Shown: positions 10,637-18,846 of the stretch, piece by piece
Layout: the number at the start of each line of letters is the position of its first letter
Position numbering within the stretch: position 1 is the stretch's first letter
Assembly (NCBI GenBank): GCA_963714015.1
Contig: OY970223.1
Span: 192,001-256,000, forward strand
Origin: Vulcanimicrobiota bacterium
Lineage (GTDB): Bacteria > Vulcanimicrobiota > Vulcanimicrobiia > Vulcanimicrobiales > Vulcanimicrobiaceae
Reading direction: 5' to 3'
Length of the DNA stretch: 64,000 bases
Program-made: the position numbers and the translations under genes
Notes under the pieces: generated by a model
What the model saw: only the letters and a program-made list of their open reading frames with translations
Told to the model about the DNA's origin: nothing
Database searches by the model: none

Positions 10637-10897
10637 CTACGCTACGACTTCTCGAACCAAACCTTGCTCGATGAAGACATGCATGATGTCGCTCACGTCC
10701 TGATCGACGTCGTGGCCATCCGCGTCATAACAGGTGCGCAGATAGTCGCCGAGCTCTCCAGCCGTCTTCCCCGAACAGTTCCGCAGCAAGTCGGCCGCGG
10801 TTTGATTGACCACGTGAACTTTTTCACGCGCGGAATCGTACACGAGCATCTCGGTGCCGACTTCGCGCATCTCCAAACCTTCGATCGCTTGAAACAT
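10637..10897 (-). CDS. PqqD family RiPP recognition element (RRE)
   Basis: 86 aa: REVG.EMLVYD...VH.VN.TA...L...Y......DV.......GLV; AGGA RBS. Confidence 0.85.
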   Translation of the reverse strand: MFQAIEGLEMREVGTEMLVYDSAREKVHVVNQTAADLLRNCSGKTAGELGDYLRTCYDADGHDVDQDVSDIMHVFIEQGLVREVVA

Positions 10898-10906
10898 TCC
10901 TAATCC

Positions 10907-11050
10907 TTACTGATGAGTGATGTCACATTGCGGATTCGGCGGGCCTTGCTCGAAGCAGATGATCGACGCAAAGCCGGATGCATCTTTGAACAAATCGCGC
11001 ACGTCGACCGTGTCGACAATCGCCGGCCGGGCATATTCGGATTTTTGCAT
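10907..11050 (-). CDS. Putative RiPP precursor peptide, 47 aa: MQKSEYARPAIVDTVDVRDLFKDASGFASIICFEQGPPNPQCDITHQ
   Basis: Read manually on the minus strand; GAGGT RBS 9 nt upstream; YxxP leader motif; stop 9 nt before the PqqD start. Confidence 0.75.
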   Translation of the reverse strand: MQKSEYARPAIVDTVDVRDLFKDASGFASIICFEQGPPNPQCDITHQ

Positions 11051-11248
11051 TACGAACATACCTCAGGCGGAGAGCAAAAATTGCCGGAGACTTCGGCGAA
11101 TAATGCTGAGAGATCGAAGCTGGCTACCAGAGCCGGTCTCGAATAGCGCATGGCGGTGGTCCTTTCCGGGCTTTCTCTTATTCTATCTGCGAGCAACCAA
11201 GGTCCAAAGTGCAGGAAGACACTTCGAGCACCGTGCCGTCGGCTTCAT

Positions 11249-12049
11249 CTACGTATAAGCCAACGAGCCTACGCGTCTGGAGTAACGCACCGAAAAAACG
11301 AAGAGCGCAAGAGCCAAAGGAATCCCCACTGCCGCAAAGCCGCCGAGAATGAGCAGGTTGCCGCCCAGCTCGGGCAAGCTCGCCCCGCGCAGCACCGCTT
11401 CGCGCAGCGCCGATAGGCCGTGCGTTATCGGAAAGACTGCCGAGAGCAGTTTCAAGGGCGCAGGCAGCGCGGCGATGGGAAAATATACGCCTCCCAGGAC
11501 GTTGGTGAGGCTCGCAACCATTGCGACGGCCGCGTCTCCCTGCTTGAACGCGATGACGGATGCGGCTGCGCAGATGCCGATCGGGGAGATGGCCAGCATA
11601 GAGAGCACGAGGACGACGGTCGCCGACAACGCGTTGGCGTGGTGGAGGTTGACCCCAAAGACCGAGGCGCCGACGATCAGGAAGAGCACGGCCTGCACCG
11701 CCGTGAAGATGAAAGCCGACGCCGCCGCGCCGGAGACGAATGCCGGCACGGAAGCCCGCGAAACCAGAATAGCCTCGAGCGTGCCCGACGATTGATCCCG
11801 GCGAATCGCGGATGCAAACGAGTGCAGCGCTACCGACTGAAATCGCGCAAACACAATGCCGATGAGCACGAACTCGAAGTACGGACCGTGAATGGATTTG
11901 AGCGCGCTCGAACTGGATCCGAAGGTCTTGCCGATAAAGAACATCATTGCGCACATGATCAGAACGGATGCGAGTTGCCCGACGACGGCAAACTTCGACA
12001 TCGTCTGAAACGCCCAATCGCGGCAGATGAACGCGGCGAGGATGCGCAT
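11249..12049 (-). CDS. ABC-2 type exporter permease
   Basis: GTLE.ILVS, GGVYFPI..LP, about 6 TMs; follows the ABC ATPase. Confidence 0.85.
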   Translation of the reverse strand: MRILAAFICRDWAFQTMSKFAVVGQLASVLIMCAMMFFIGKTFGSSSSALKSIHGPYFEFVLIGIVFARFQSVALHSFASAIRRDQSSGTLEAILVSRASVPAFVSGAAASAFIFTAVQAVLFLIVGASVFGVNLHHANALSATVVLVLSMLAISPIGICAAASVIAFKQGDAAVAMVASLTNVLGGVYFPIAALPAPLKLLSAVFPITHGLSALREAVLRGASLPELGGNLLILGGFAAVGIPLALALFVFSVRYSRRVGSLAYT

Positions 12050-12840
12050 CAGCCGACGCCTCCGGCGACGTGGCGGAAGTATCCGAACAAGGGATGCTCG
12101 CGCGTTCCGGCGGGCGCCTTCGCCTCGATTTCAATTGGTGTTCCGACCGCCGCGACGCGGCGTTCGTGAAGAATCGCCATTCGATCGCACATGGACCACG
12201 CCTCGTCGAGCTGATTGGTAGCGAGCAGGACGGTCTTGCGCTCCTGAACGACGAGCCGATCGCGCACCGATTGCCGGAAGTTCAACGCGGCAATCGGATC
12301 GAGGGCCTTCGTCGGCTCGTCGAGCAGCAGGATCGGCGGATCGGCCACCATCGCTCGAATCAGCGCCAGGCGCTGCTTCATGCCGGTGCTGAACGATCGC
12401 ACGCTGGAGTGCATGCGATCGGCGATGCCAAGCCACTCGGCCAGTTCCGAGATGCGCTTTTTCGAGGCACGCTCGCTCAGACCGTTGAGGCGCGCAAAAA
12501 ACGCCATGTTGTCCCAGGCGCTCAAGCGCATGTAGTACGCCCGCTCGTCGGAACTGCAAATCCCGATCGATGCGCGTGCCGGTGCGGCTTGTTTGTCGGC
12601 GTCGTATCCGAGGACGCTCACGCTGCCGGTATCGGGAATGATCAGCGTGGAGATGATCTTCAGCAGCGTCGTCTTTCCCGCCCCGTTGATTCCCAGCACG
12701 CCGAAGCATTCGCCTCTGTGGATCGTGAGCGAAACGTCGTCCAACGCCGGGCGGCGCTCGCGCCGGCGGAAGAGTTGCTTCACGCCTTGGTCGACGGGGT
12801 AGGCCTTGCTCACCCCGCGGACTTCGATCGCCTCAAGCAT
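12049..12840 (-). CDS. ABC transporter ATP-binding protein
   Basis: GINGAGKTT, FSTGMKQR, LLLDEPT. Confidence 0.9.
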   Translation of the reverse strand: MLEAIEVRGVSKAYPVDQGVKQLFRRRERRPALDDVSLTIHRGECFGVLGINGAGKTTLLKIISTLIIPDTGSVSVLGYDADKQAAPARASIGICSSDERAYYMRLSAWDNMAFFARLNGLSERASKKRISELAEWLGIADRMHSSVRSFSTGMKQRLALIRAMVADPPILLLDEPTKALDPIAALNFRQSVRDRLVVQERKTVLLATNQLDEAWSMCDRMAILHERRVAAVGTPIEIEAKAPAGTREHPLFGYFRHVAGGVG

Positions 12841-13978
12841 GATGGATGAACGGAGCCGCCGCGCGGCGCAGACCGCCCGCCAAACGCTTTGCGAGCGGCG
12901 GACGTTTGTCGAATTCTTCAAACTCCACGGAGCCGAAGTTTTGTTTGAGCAGGTGCAACCGTTCTCCGAGGCGCTCCATCCAGAAAAGACGCATCAGCGT
13001 GCGGTGGCCTTCGCCGCCGGTGAGCACCCGCGACTGTCCGATGCGCGTAGCGGAACGCGAGAGCAGCCCGCCGCGCAGTCTTTGAAGCCGCGAGAGCGCG
13101 CGCTCGTCTATGCCGGCATCGAGCAGCCAGTGCGCGAGCTCGATCGCCGGAACGGCGACTTGTGCGGTATTGCTCGCGCGCACGCGCTCTTCGAAGACGT
13201 TCCAATCGATGCCCCGGCGCAAAACTTCGGCGATGTCGACGATGCCGCGGACGTGTCCATCGAAGCCGTTCCCCCAAGCAAGGTGCACCGCGAGATGCAG
13301 CAGCTGGTCCTCCGGATCGAGAACGTGAACGGGAACGCCTGCGGCCATGGCGGCGACGGCCCGCGCGCGCATCGCCGCGACGTCGATTCGAAAAGGATTC
13401 GGCCGGCGGCCTAGATCCCAGTGCAGTTCGATGCAGAAAGACGCGCCCGGACGAGCGTAGCGCGGGAGCTGGTAGTAGTTGACGAAGTACCATTCACGCG
13501 TGTGCGGCGTCGGTTCAGAACGATAGCCGAGGTCTTCGAGCACGCGTTCGGCGCGGTCCAGATCTTCGATCGGAAGCAGAACGTCGAGATCGCAGAAAGC
13601 GCGCAAGCCGATGTCGCCGTACAAGTTCTCTACGAGCGCGACGCCTTTGAGCACTACCGGTGCCAAATCGTCGCGCGCGAAGGCCCGCAGCACTTCTCCG
13701 GCGCGCTGCAGATACACCGCGTTGAGCGCAACGGTTTTCTGTCTGGCCAAACGCAACTGCTCGCGCACCGGCTGCGGTATCGGCGCGTAGGGCGCGGCAT
13801 CGGCCGACCGCGAGAGCAGCGGCAGCAGATGATGCCGGCGCGCCTCTTGAATTACCCGTTCCCACGAATCGACGCCGCGCGCTGCCGACGCGACCGCCGA
13901 CGGATCGGCGTCCAGTCGAGCGCACGCGAGCATGAATTTTCGCTCGCCCGTGAGCGTGCGCGCTAAACGCCGGTGCAT
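12833..13978 (-). CDS. Nucleotidyltransferase family protein (NTP_transf_5-like)
   Basis: VVLKG..L...Y....LR.F.DLDVL, IELHW, HL..H, DI motifs. Confidence 0.85.
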   Translation of the reverse strand: MHRRLARTLTGERKFMLACARLDADPSAVASAARGVDSWERVIQEARRHHLLPLLSRSADAAPYAPIPQPVREQLRLARQKTVALNAVYLQRAGEVLRAFARDDLAPVVLKGVALVENLYGDIGLRAFCDLDVLLPIEDLDRAERVLEDLGYRSEPTPHTREWYFVNYYQLPRYARPGASFCIELHWDLGRRPNPFRIDVAAMRARAVAAMAAGVPVHVLDPEDQLLHLAVHLAWGNGFDGHVRGIVDIAEVLRRGIDWNVFEERVRASNTAQVAVPAIELAHWLLDAGIDERALSRLQRLRGGLLSRSATRIGQSRVLTGGEGHRTLMRLFWMERLGERLHLLKQNFGSVEFEEFDKRPPLAKRLAGGLRRAAAPFIHHA

Positions 13979-13996
13979 AGAGAAATCTCCCGGTGC

Positions 13997-14665
13997 TTAG
14001 ATGAGGCCTGCCCGAACCGCATGCACCGCGGCTTGAGATCTCGCCGTGATGCTGAGTTTCGAGAAGATGTGGCTCACGTGATTCTTGACGGTCTTGTCGG
14101 ACAGGCGCAGCTGCTCGCTGATCTCTTTGTTCGAGAGTCCTTGCGCGATCAGACGAATCACCTCGTTTTCTCGCTGCGTCAGTTCGTACATGTGCGCGCG
14201 GCTGGTCGACGAGCGGCGGCGCAACAGTTCACCGGCGATTCGGGGATCGACGTACGAGCCGCCGGTCGCGATGATCTTGAGCGCCCGAATGAGCTCCTTG
14301 GGAGCGATGTCCTTGATGATATAGCCGTTCGCTCCGGCCGAGAGTCCACGCTGTAAAACCTCGGGCTGCAACTGGGTGGAGAGCAGGCAAATCTTCACCG
14401 CGGGAACCTCGCGGCCGCACGATGCGATCGCCTCGTCCATCTTCAGTATCTGCCCATCGACGTCGAAAACGATCAAATCCGGTACCAACGACCGCAAAGC
14501 GACCTTCTCAAGCGACTCGGCATCGCCGACGATTTCCAGTTCGGAGTCCAGCGAGAGCAACTGACAAAGCGCCTTGGCGAAGATTCCTTGTCCGGCGACG
14601 ACTACCACTCGCGTTGGGCGGGGGGCGGCTTCCGTATCGTTGACTCTTACTGCCGTAGCGGTCAT
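13997..14665 (-). CDS. NarL/LuxR-type response regulator
   Basis: Receiver domain (PDLIVFD, GA.GYIIK) and HTH (LT.RE.EV..LIAQG.SNKEI...L.LS.KTVKNH); GGAGG RBS. Confidence 0.9.
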   Translation of the reverse strand: MTATAVRVNDTEAAPRPTRVVVVAGQGIFAKALCQLLSLDSELEIVGDAESLEKVALRSLVPDLIVFDVDGQILKMDEAIASCGREVPAVKICLLSTQLQPEVLQRGLSAGANGYIIKDIAPKELIRALKIIATGGSYVDPRIAGELLRRRSSTSRAHMYELTQRENEVIRLIAQGLSNKEISEQLRLSDKTVKNHVSHIFSKLSITARSQAAVHAVRAGLI

Positions 14666-14882
14666 AGCAAACCTCCGTCTGCTTCATAGCAAACCATCGT
14701 ACTAAAGGCTTTCACTCGCCGATAGAACGGCGAGTTGTGACGCAAATCATGCCACACCGAAAAGCCCATAGCCATCCCGCTTTCGCGGGATTTTTTGGGA
14801 AAAGGGACTAAAATATCGACGATTCTCCGGGCCATTCGCTCCCCCGCGTCCCGGTCCCACGGCATTGCGGACCATTTGCTCA

Positions 14883-14900
14883 TGAGCGATCTGTCGCTCA
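14883..14900. promoter_or_regulatory. 7-4-7 inverted repeat TGAGCGA-TCTG-TCGCTCA in the divergent promoter region
   Basis: Perfect 7-bp arms between the regulator gene and the second HPr-kinase-like gene. Confidence 0.35.
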
Positions 14901-14955
14901 CGCACGATGCGCTTCGAACGTTATGATACATTCAGACCTGCGTCATGGAGTAACC

Positions 14956-15837
14956 GTGTCCGAAACATTACAGTATCGCATCGTCGACGTCGACATCGCC
15001 ATCGAAGCGCCCGCCGAGATTCTCTCGATCATCGTAGAGTCGTACCGGCGGTTTCCTATGACGAAGAATCGCACGCACCCGCATGTAACCGTCAGGGCGT
15101 CGCTCGTAGACGACGGTCAACTCGCCTTAACCATCGGTAACGTTCACTACAAAAACCTTTCCGCCGCTGCCGGCCATGGGCTGATCGGACTAGAACTTTC
15201 GAACGCGATCATCACCGGCGTAGCCGGGCATTCGCGTTTCATGATTCTCCACGCCGCGGCCGTCGAACGCGACGGGCAGGCGCTGTGCATCGCCGCAAGC
15301 GGCCACACCGGAAAGACGCTGCTGGCCTCGCACCTGGTTTCCCGCGGCTGGAGAGTCCTGAGCGACGAGTACGCTTTCATCGAACCGGCCGGCGGCCGTG
15401 TCGTCCCGTTTCCGAAGCTGCTGTACGTGCGATCGTCCTCACTTCCGCATATCCCGCGAAGCTTTCGCAAATGCGTTGAATCGTCGCCGTGGTACGGCAT
15501 GGGCGACTGGCCCGGTCTGGTGTTCTCCGGCGTCGATCCGGCGGACAGCTATTCCGAGGCAATTTGGTCGCAAGGCGCCCGGTTATCGCGCCTGCTCGTG
15601 ATGATTGAACGCAACGCTTCGGGACCTGCGATTACGCCCTGTAAACCTTGGTCGCTCATACCGGACCTCAACAGTTTGGTGTGGCAGCCTCCGGATTTAC
15701 TGGATGGTTTATCACGAATCGCCTCTGCGCTGCGCGGCGTCGAAGTCGCTCGAGTCGTTGCCGGAGATCCGATTCGCACCGTGAACGCGATCGAGCGCTG
15801 GGCGCTGCCCGAGAGTCAGGTTTTGCTGCATGCCTAA
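14956..15837 (+). CDS. Second HPr-kinase-related P-loop protein
   Basis: LHAAAVERDG.A......GHTGKT.L...L...GW.VLSDE...PFP; GTG start with GGAG RBS. Confidence 0.75.
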   Translation: MSETLQYRIVDVDIAIEAPAEILSIIVESYRRFPMTKNRTHPHVTVRASLVDDGQLALTIGNVHYKNLSAAAGHGLIGLELSNAIITGVAGHSRFMILHAAAVERDGQALCIAASGHTGKTLLASHLVSRGWRVLSDEYAFIEPAGGRVVPFPKLLYVRSSSLPHIPRSFRKCVESSPWYGMGDWPGLVFSGVDPADSYSEAIWSQGARLSRLLVMIERNASGPAITPCKPWSLIPDLNSLVWQPPDLLDGLSRIASALRGVEVARVVAGDPIRTVNAIERWALPESQVLLHA

Positions 15838-16393
15838 GCGCGGCATCGCGCGCGGGGTTCTCAAACTCGCGCAGGATGCCGGCTTCTTTGCGCGCCTTTT
15901 CCGTTACGATCTTTTCATCGGAACCCGCGAGGGACTCGCGAAAATCAGCCCCGGCGTCACCGCGACGGGTGAGGTCGCGGTCCGCTTGGGAAGACGCGTG
16001 TATTTAGGCCGCAACGGCGTGTTTCAGGGAACGGGCGAGATCTCGATCGGAAGCGGAACCTACGTCGGGAATTACTTCGACTTCAACTGCCGGACTTCGA
16101 TCGCGATCGGCGAGAATTGCATGTTCGGAAACTTCGTGTCGATCGTCGATAACAATCACGGCACCGATCCCGCGAGCGACATGAAAGAGCAGCCTTTCGA
16201 GGTCGCCCCAGTCGTCGTAAGGCGCAACTGCTGGATCGGCGAGAAAGCCACACTCCTCGCCGGCGTTACGCTGAACGAGAACGTCATTGTCGCCGCCGGC
16301 TCGGTCGTGACGCGCGACGTTCCGGCGAACGCGATCGTCGCGGGCGTTCCGGCGCGGGTCTTGCGGCTGCGAGCGGCCAGCGCGGCCAGCTGA
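15830..16393 (+). CDS. Hexapeptide-repeat O-acyltransferase
   Basis: IG..C..G, D.NH, WIG.....GV......VAAGSVVTRDVP.N.IVAGVPAR. Confidence 0.85.
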   Translation: MPKRGIARGVLKLAQDAGFFARLFRYDLFIGTREGLAKISPGVTATGEVAVRLGRRVYLGRNGVFQGTGEISIGSGTYVGNYFDFNCRTSIAIGENCMFGNFVSIVDNNHGTDPASDMKEQPFEVAPVVVRRNCWIGEKATLLAGVTLNENVIVAAGSVVTRDVPANAIVAGVPARVLRLRAASAAS

Positions 16394-17989
16394 ATGCAGG
16401 CCAAGCACCACAGCGCCAAGCAAGTCTTTCTGAATACGTTCGCCGGCCTTGCCAGCAACGGCGGTTCGGCGATCGTCGGGTTGATCGTCACGCCGCTGCT
16501 GATCGCAAAGCTCGGCGTAGAACAGTTCGGATTTTGGGCGGTCGTTACCGCAATGGTCAACTACGCGGGCCTGCTGGACGGCGGGCTGAACAGCACCTTT
16601 ATGAAATACGTGGCGGAATACGCCGCTCGTAACGAGACGGCGCGAATCCGCCAAGTTACGACGTTCGGCACGGCATTCTACGTCGTGCTGGGTCTGCTGA
16701 TAGCACCGGCGGCCGCCGCTGCTGCGCCGTACGCGATCGGCGTGATGCACCTCGATCCCGGCCTTGCGCGCCGCGGACCGATGATTTTCGGATATGTCGT
16801 GCTCTCGCTTTTTCTGACTAGTGCGGCCGGCGCGATCGCATCGGTGCTCAGCGGCTTCGGCAAGCTGCGTACCGTCTGGACGAGTAATTTTCTAAGCCGT
16901 ACCGTCTTTTCGATAGCCGCCCTAATCGCGTGCACCTTAGGCTTCGGACTGGACGGCATGGTGTTCGCCACGTTCGCGCAGCTCGCGGTTTTTGCCGGCA
17001 TAACCTACATCGCAGCACGGCGCCTGTTCGGCCCGCTTTTCTGTCCGCCTTGGCAGTGGGAACGCAGCGTGATCGCCGGCCTCTTCAAGCTGGGCGGCTG
17101 GGTTCAGGTAACGAACACGTGCAGCACGATTGTGGTTGAGAGCAACCGTTTCATCATCTCGGCATTCGTTTCAACCTCGGCCGTTACGTACTTTGAGGTC
17201 GCCAGCCGTTTGACTCGCGCCGCACGCTCGTTGCCTTTCAACTTCATCGTGGCGCTGCTGCCGGCCGTTTCGGCGCGCAACGCCTCGCTGCCCGACGACC
17301 GCTTCAACGAGACCTACGTGCGCGCAAGCCGCTACGTCAATTACGCAACGCTCTTTCTCGTGGGCTTCATCATCGCGGCCGGTACGCCGATCTCGTACGT
17401 CTGGATCGGAACGGTCTATCCGGACATCGGCGTGATCTGCGCGTGCGTCGGGCTTTCGTTCATCTTCATCAACGCGACCATGGTCGGAACGACGATGCTG
17501 CGCGCCGTCGCGCTAGCCCGTTATGAAGCGTATTACTACATCGTCTGGACCGTTGCCAGCATCGCGCTGATGATTGCGACGGTACCGTTCTTTGGTCTCA
17601 TGGGCGTGCTCGCAGGAATCGCGGGCGGAGCAGCCATAGGGACGGTCTACTTCTTGCGCGTGCTGCACGGTTTGCGCCGCTTGGACGTCCGGAGTGGTTT
17701 GCTGAATTGGGCCGTCCCGCTTTGCGTCATTGCGGCTGCGTCGATCGCCGGCACGGCCTTTGCCGCCGCCCATTTGGCGCCGCACTTTCACGGACGCGTG
17801 CAGTGCGCGCTGGAAGTGCTCATCTTGGGCGTGCTCTACGTCGTGCTCTTTGCAGCCGGAACACTCGCGTCGCGCTTCTTCGGGCCCTCCGATTGGGAGG
17901 TCGCCCGCCGCGTGCTTCCCGGGCCAATCGCCTCATTTGGGCGTAGGCAAAGCGTCTCTGCCGGGTCCGAAGGCGTCTTGATACGGTGA
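16394..17989 (+). CDS. Wzx-like polysaccharide flippase
   Basis: TP.LI.KLG.EQFG.W, D.GL, about 12-14 TMs. Confidence 0.8.
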   Translation: MQAKHHSAKQVFLNTFAGLASNGGSAIVGLIVTPLLIAKLGVEQFGFWAVVTAMVNYAGLLDGGLNSTFMKYVAEYAARNETARIRQVTTFGTAFYVVLGLLIAPAAAAAAPYAIGVMHLDPGLARRGPMIFGYVVLSLFLTSAAGAIASVLSGFGKLRTVWTSNFLSRTVFSIAALIACTLGFGLDGMVFATFAQLAVFAGITYIAARRLFGPLFCPPWQWERSVIAGLFKLGGWVQVTNTCSTIVVESNRFIISAFVSTSAVTYFEVASRLTRAARSLPFNFIVALLPAVSARNASLPDDRFNETYVRASRYVNYATLFLVGFIIAAGTPISYVWIGTVYPDIGVICACVGLSFIFINATMVGTTMLRAVALARYEAYYYIVWTVASIALMIATVPFFGLMGVLAGIAGGAAIGTVYFLRVLHGLRRLDVRSGLLNWAVPLCVIAAASIAGTAFAAAHLAPHFHGRVQCALEVLILGVLYVVLFAAGTLASRFFGPSDWEVARRVLPGPIASFGRRQSVSAGSEGVLIR

Positions 17990-18846
17990 GAGCGATGAAA
18001 CTCAGCGTGGTGATTCCAACCAAGAACTGTGTCGAGCTCATGCGGCGAACGCTCGCGGCGCTCGACTTTGCGGACGAAATCGTCGTCGTGGATATGTTTT
18101 CTACCGACGGCACCGCCGAGCTGGTGCAGGCGCACCCCAAAGGGCGGCTGATCCAGCGCAACGGGCACATTTACGAAAACGTGAACCATGGCTTCGATGC
18201 GGCAACCGGCGACTGGCTGCTGCGCTTGGATTCCGATGAAGTAGCGACTCCTGAGATGGGACGCGAAATTCGGGAACGCATCGAAACCGCTCCCGCGGAT
18301 CTATGCGGTTTCTACATTCCGAATCGCACCTATTACTCCAACCGCTGGCTGCGGTACGGCCCCGCGTACGACGAACGTTCGCCAATCCCCGGAGAGCGCT
18401 TCCGCTTGAGCCTGTTCCGCAAAGGCGCCGGGCGGTATGAATCCGAGCTCTCGCATGCCGATCTCACCGTGCACGGCCGCTGCGAGTATCTGAAGCACCG
18501 CTACGATCACTATTCGGTTCGATCGTTCTCGCACTACATTGCGAAGAACAACTACTACACCGACATGGACACCGAGCGAATGGAGAGCGGCGAATTGGAC
18601 CCTCGCCGGGAAGCCTGGGCGATGCTCTGGGGACCGCTCAAAGAGTTTCTGGTCTTCTTCATCAAGCGCAAAGGGTACAAGGACGGCGCCCTCGGGATCG
18701 TCGCATGCGGCGGTTACGCTATCCTGCGCTTTATGATCCACGCCAAACGCTGGGAGCGGCTAACGGCGCAGCAGAACGAGGTCGAGGATCTCGACAAGCG
18801 CAAGATGCTCGAATACGTGCCGGCAAGCCACGTCACGAACGCCTAA
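17986..18846 (+). CDS. Glycosyltransferase family 2
   Basis: SVVIPTKN, VVD.FSTDGT, LDSDE, GYKDG. Confidence 0.9.
   Translation: MRAMKLSVVIPTKNCVELMRRTLAALDFADEIVVVDMFSTDGTAELVQAHPKGRLIQRNGHIYENVNHGFDAATGDWLLRLDSDEVATPEMGREIRERIETAPADLCGFYIPNRTYYSNRWLRYGPAYDERSPIPGERFRLSLFRKGAGRYESELSHADLTVHGRCEYLKHRYDHYSVRSFSHYIAKNNYYTDMDTERMESGELDPRREAWAMLWGPLKEFLVFFIKRKGYKDGALGIVACGGYAILRFMIHAKRWERLTAQQNEVEDLDKRKMLEYVPASHVTNA

Noticed and set aside
9376..13978. Calling the cassette a canonical lasso peptide cluster
   Set aside because: No asparagine-synthetase-like cyclase or transglutaminase-like B2 in the window, and the leader lacks Thr(-2).
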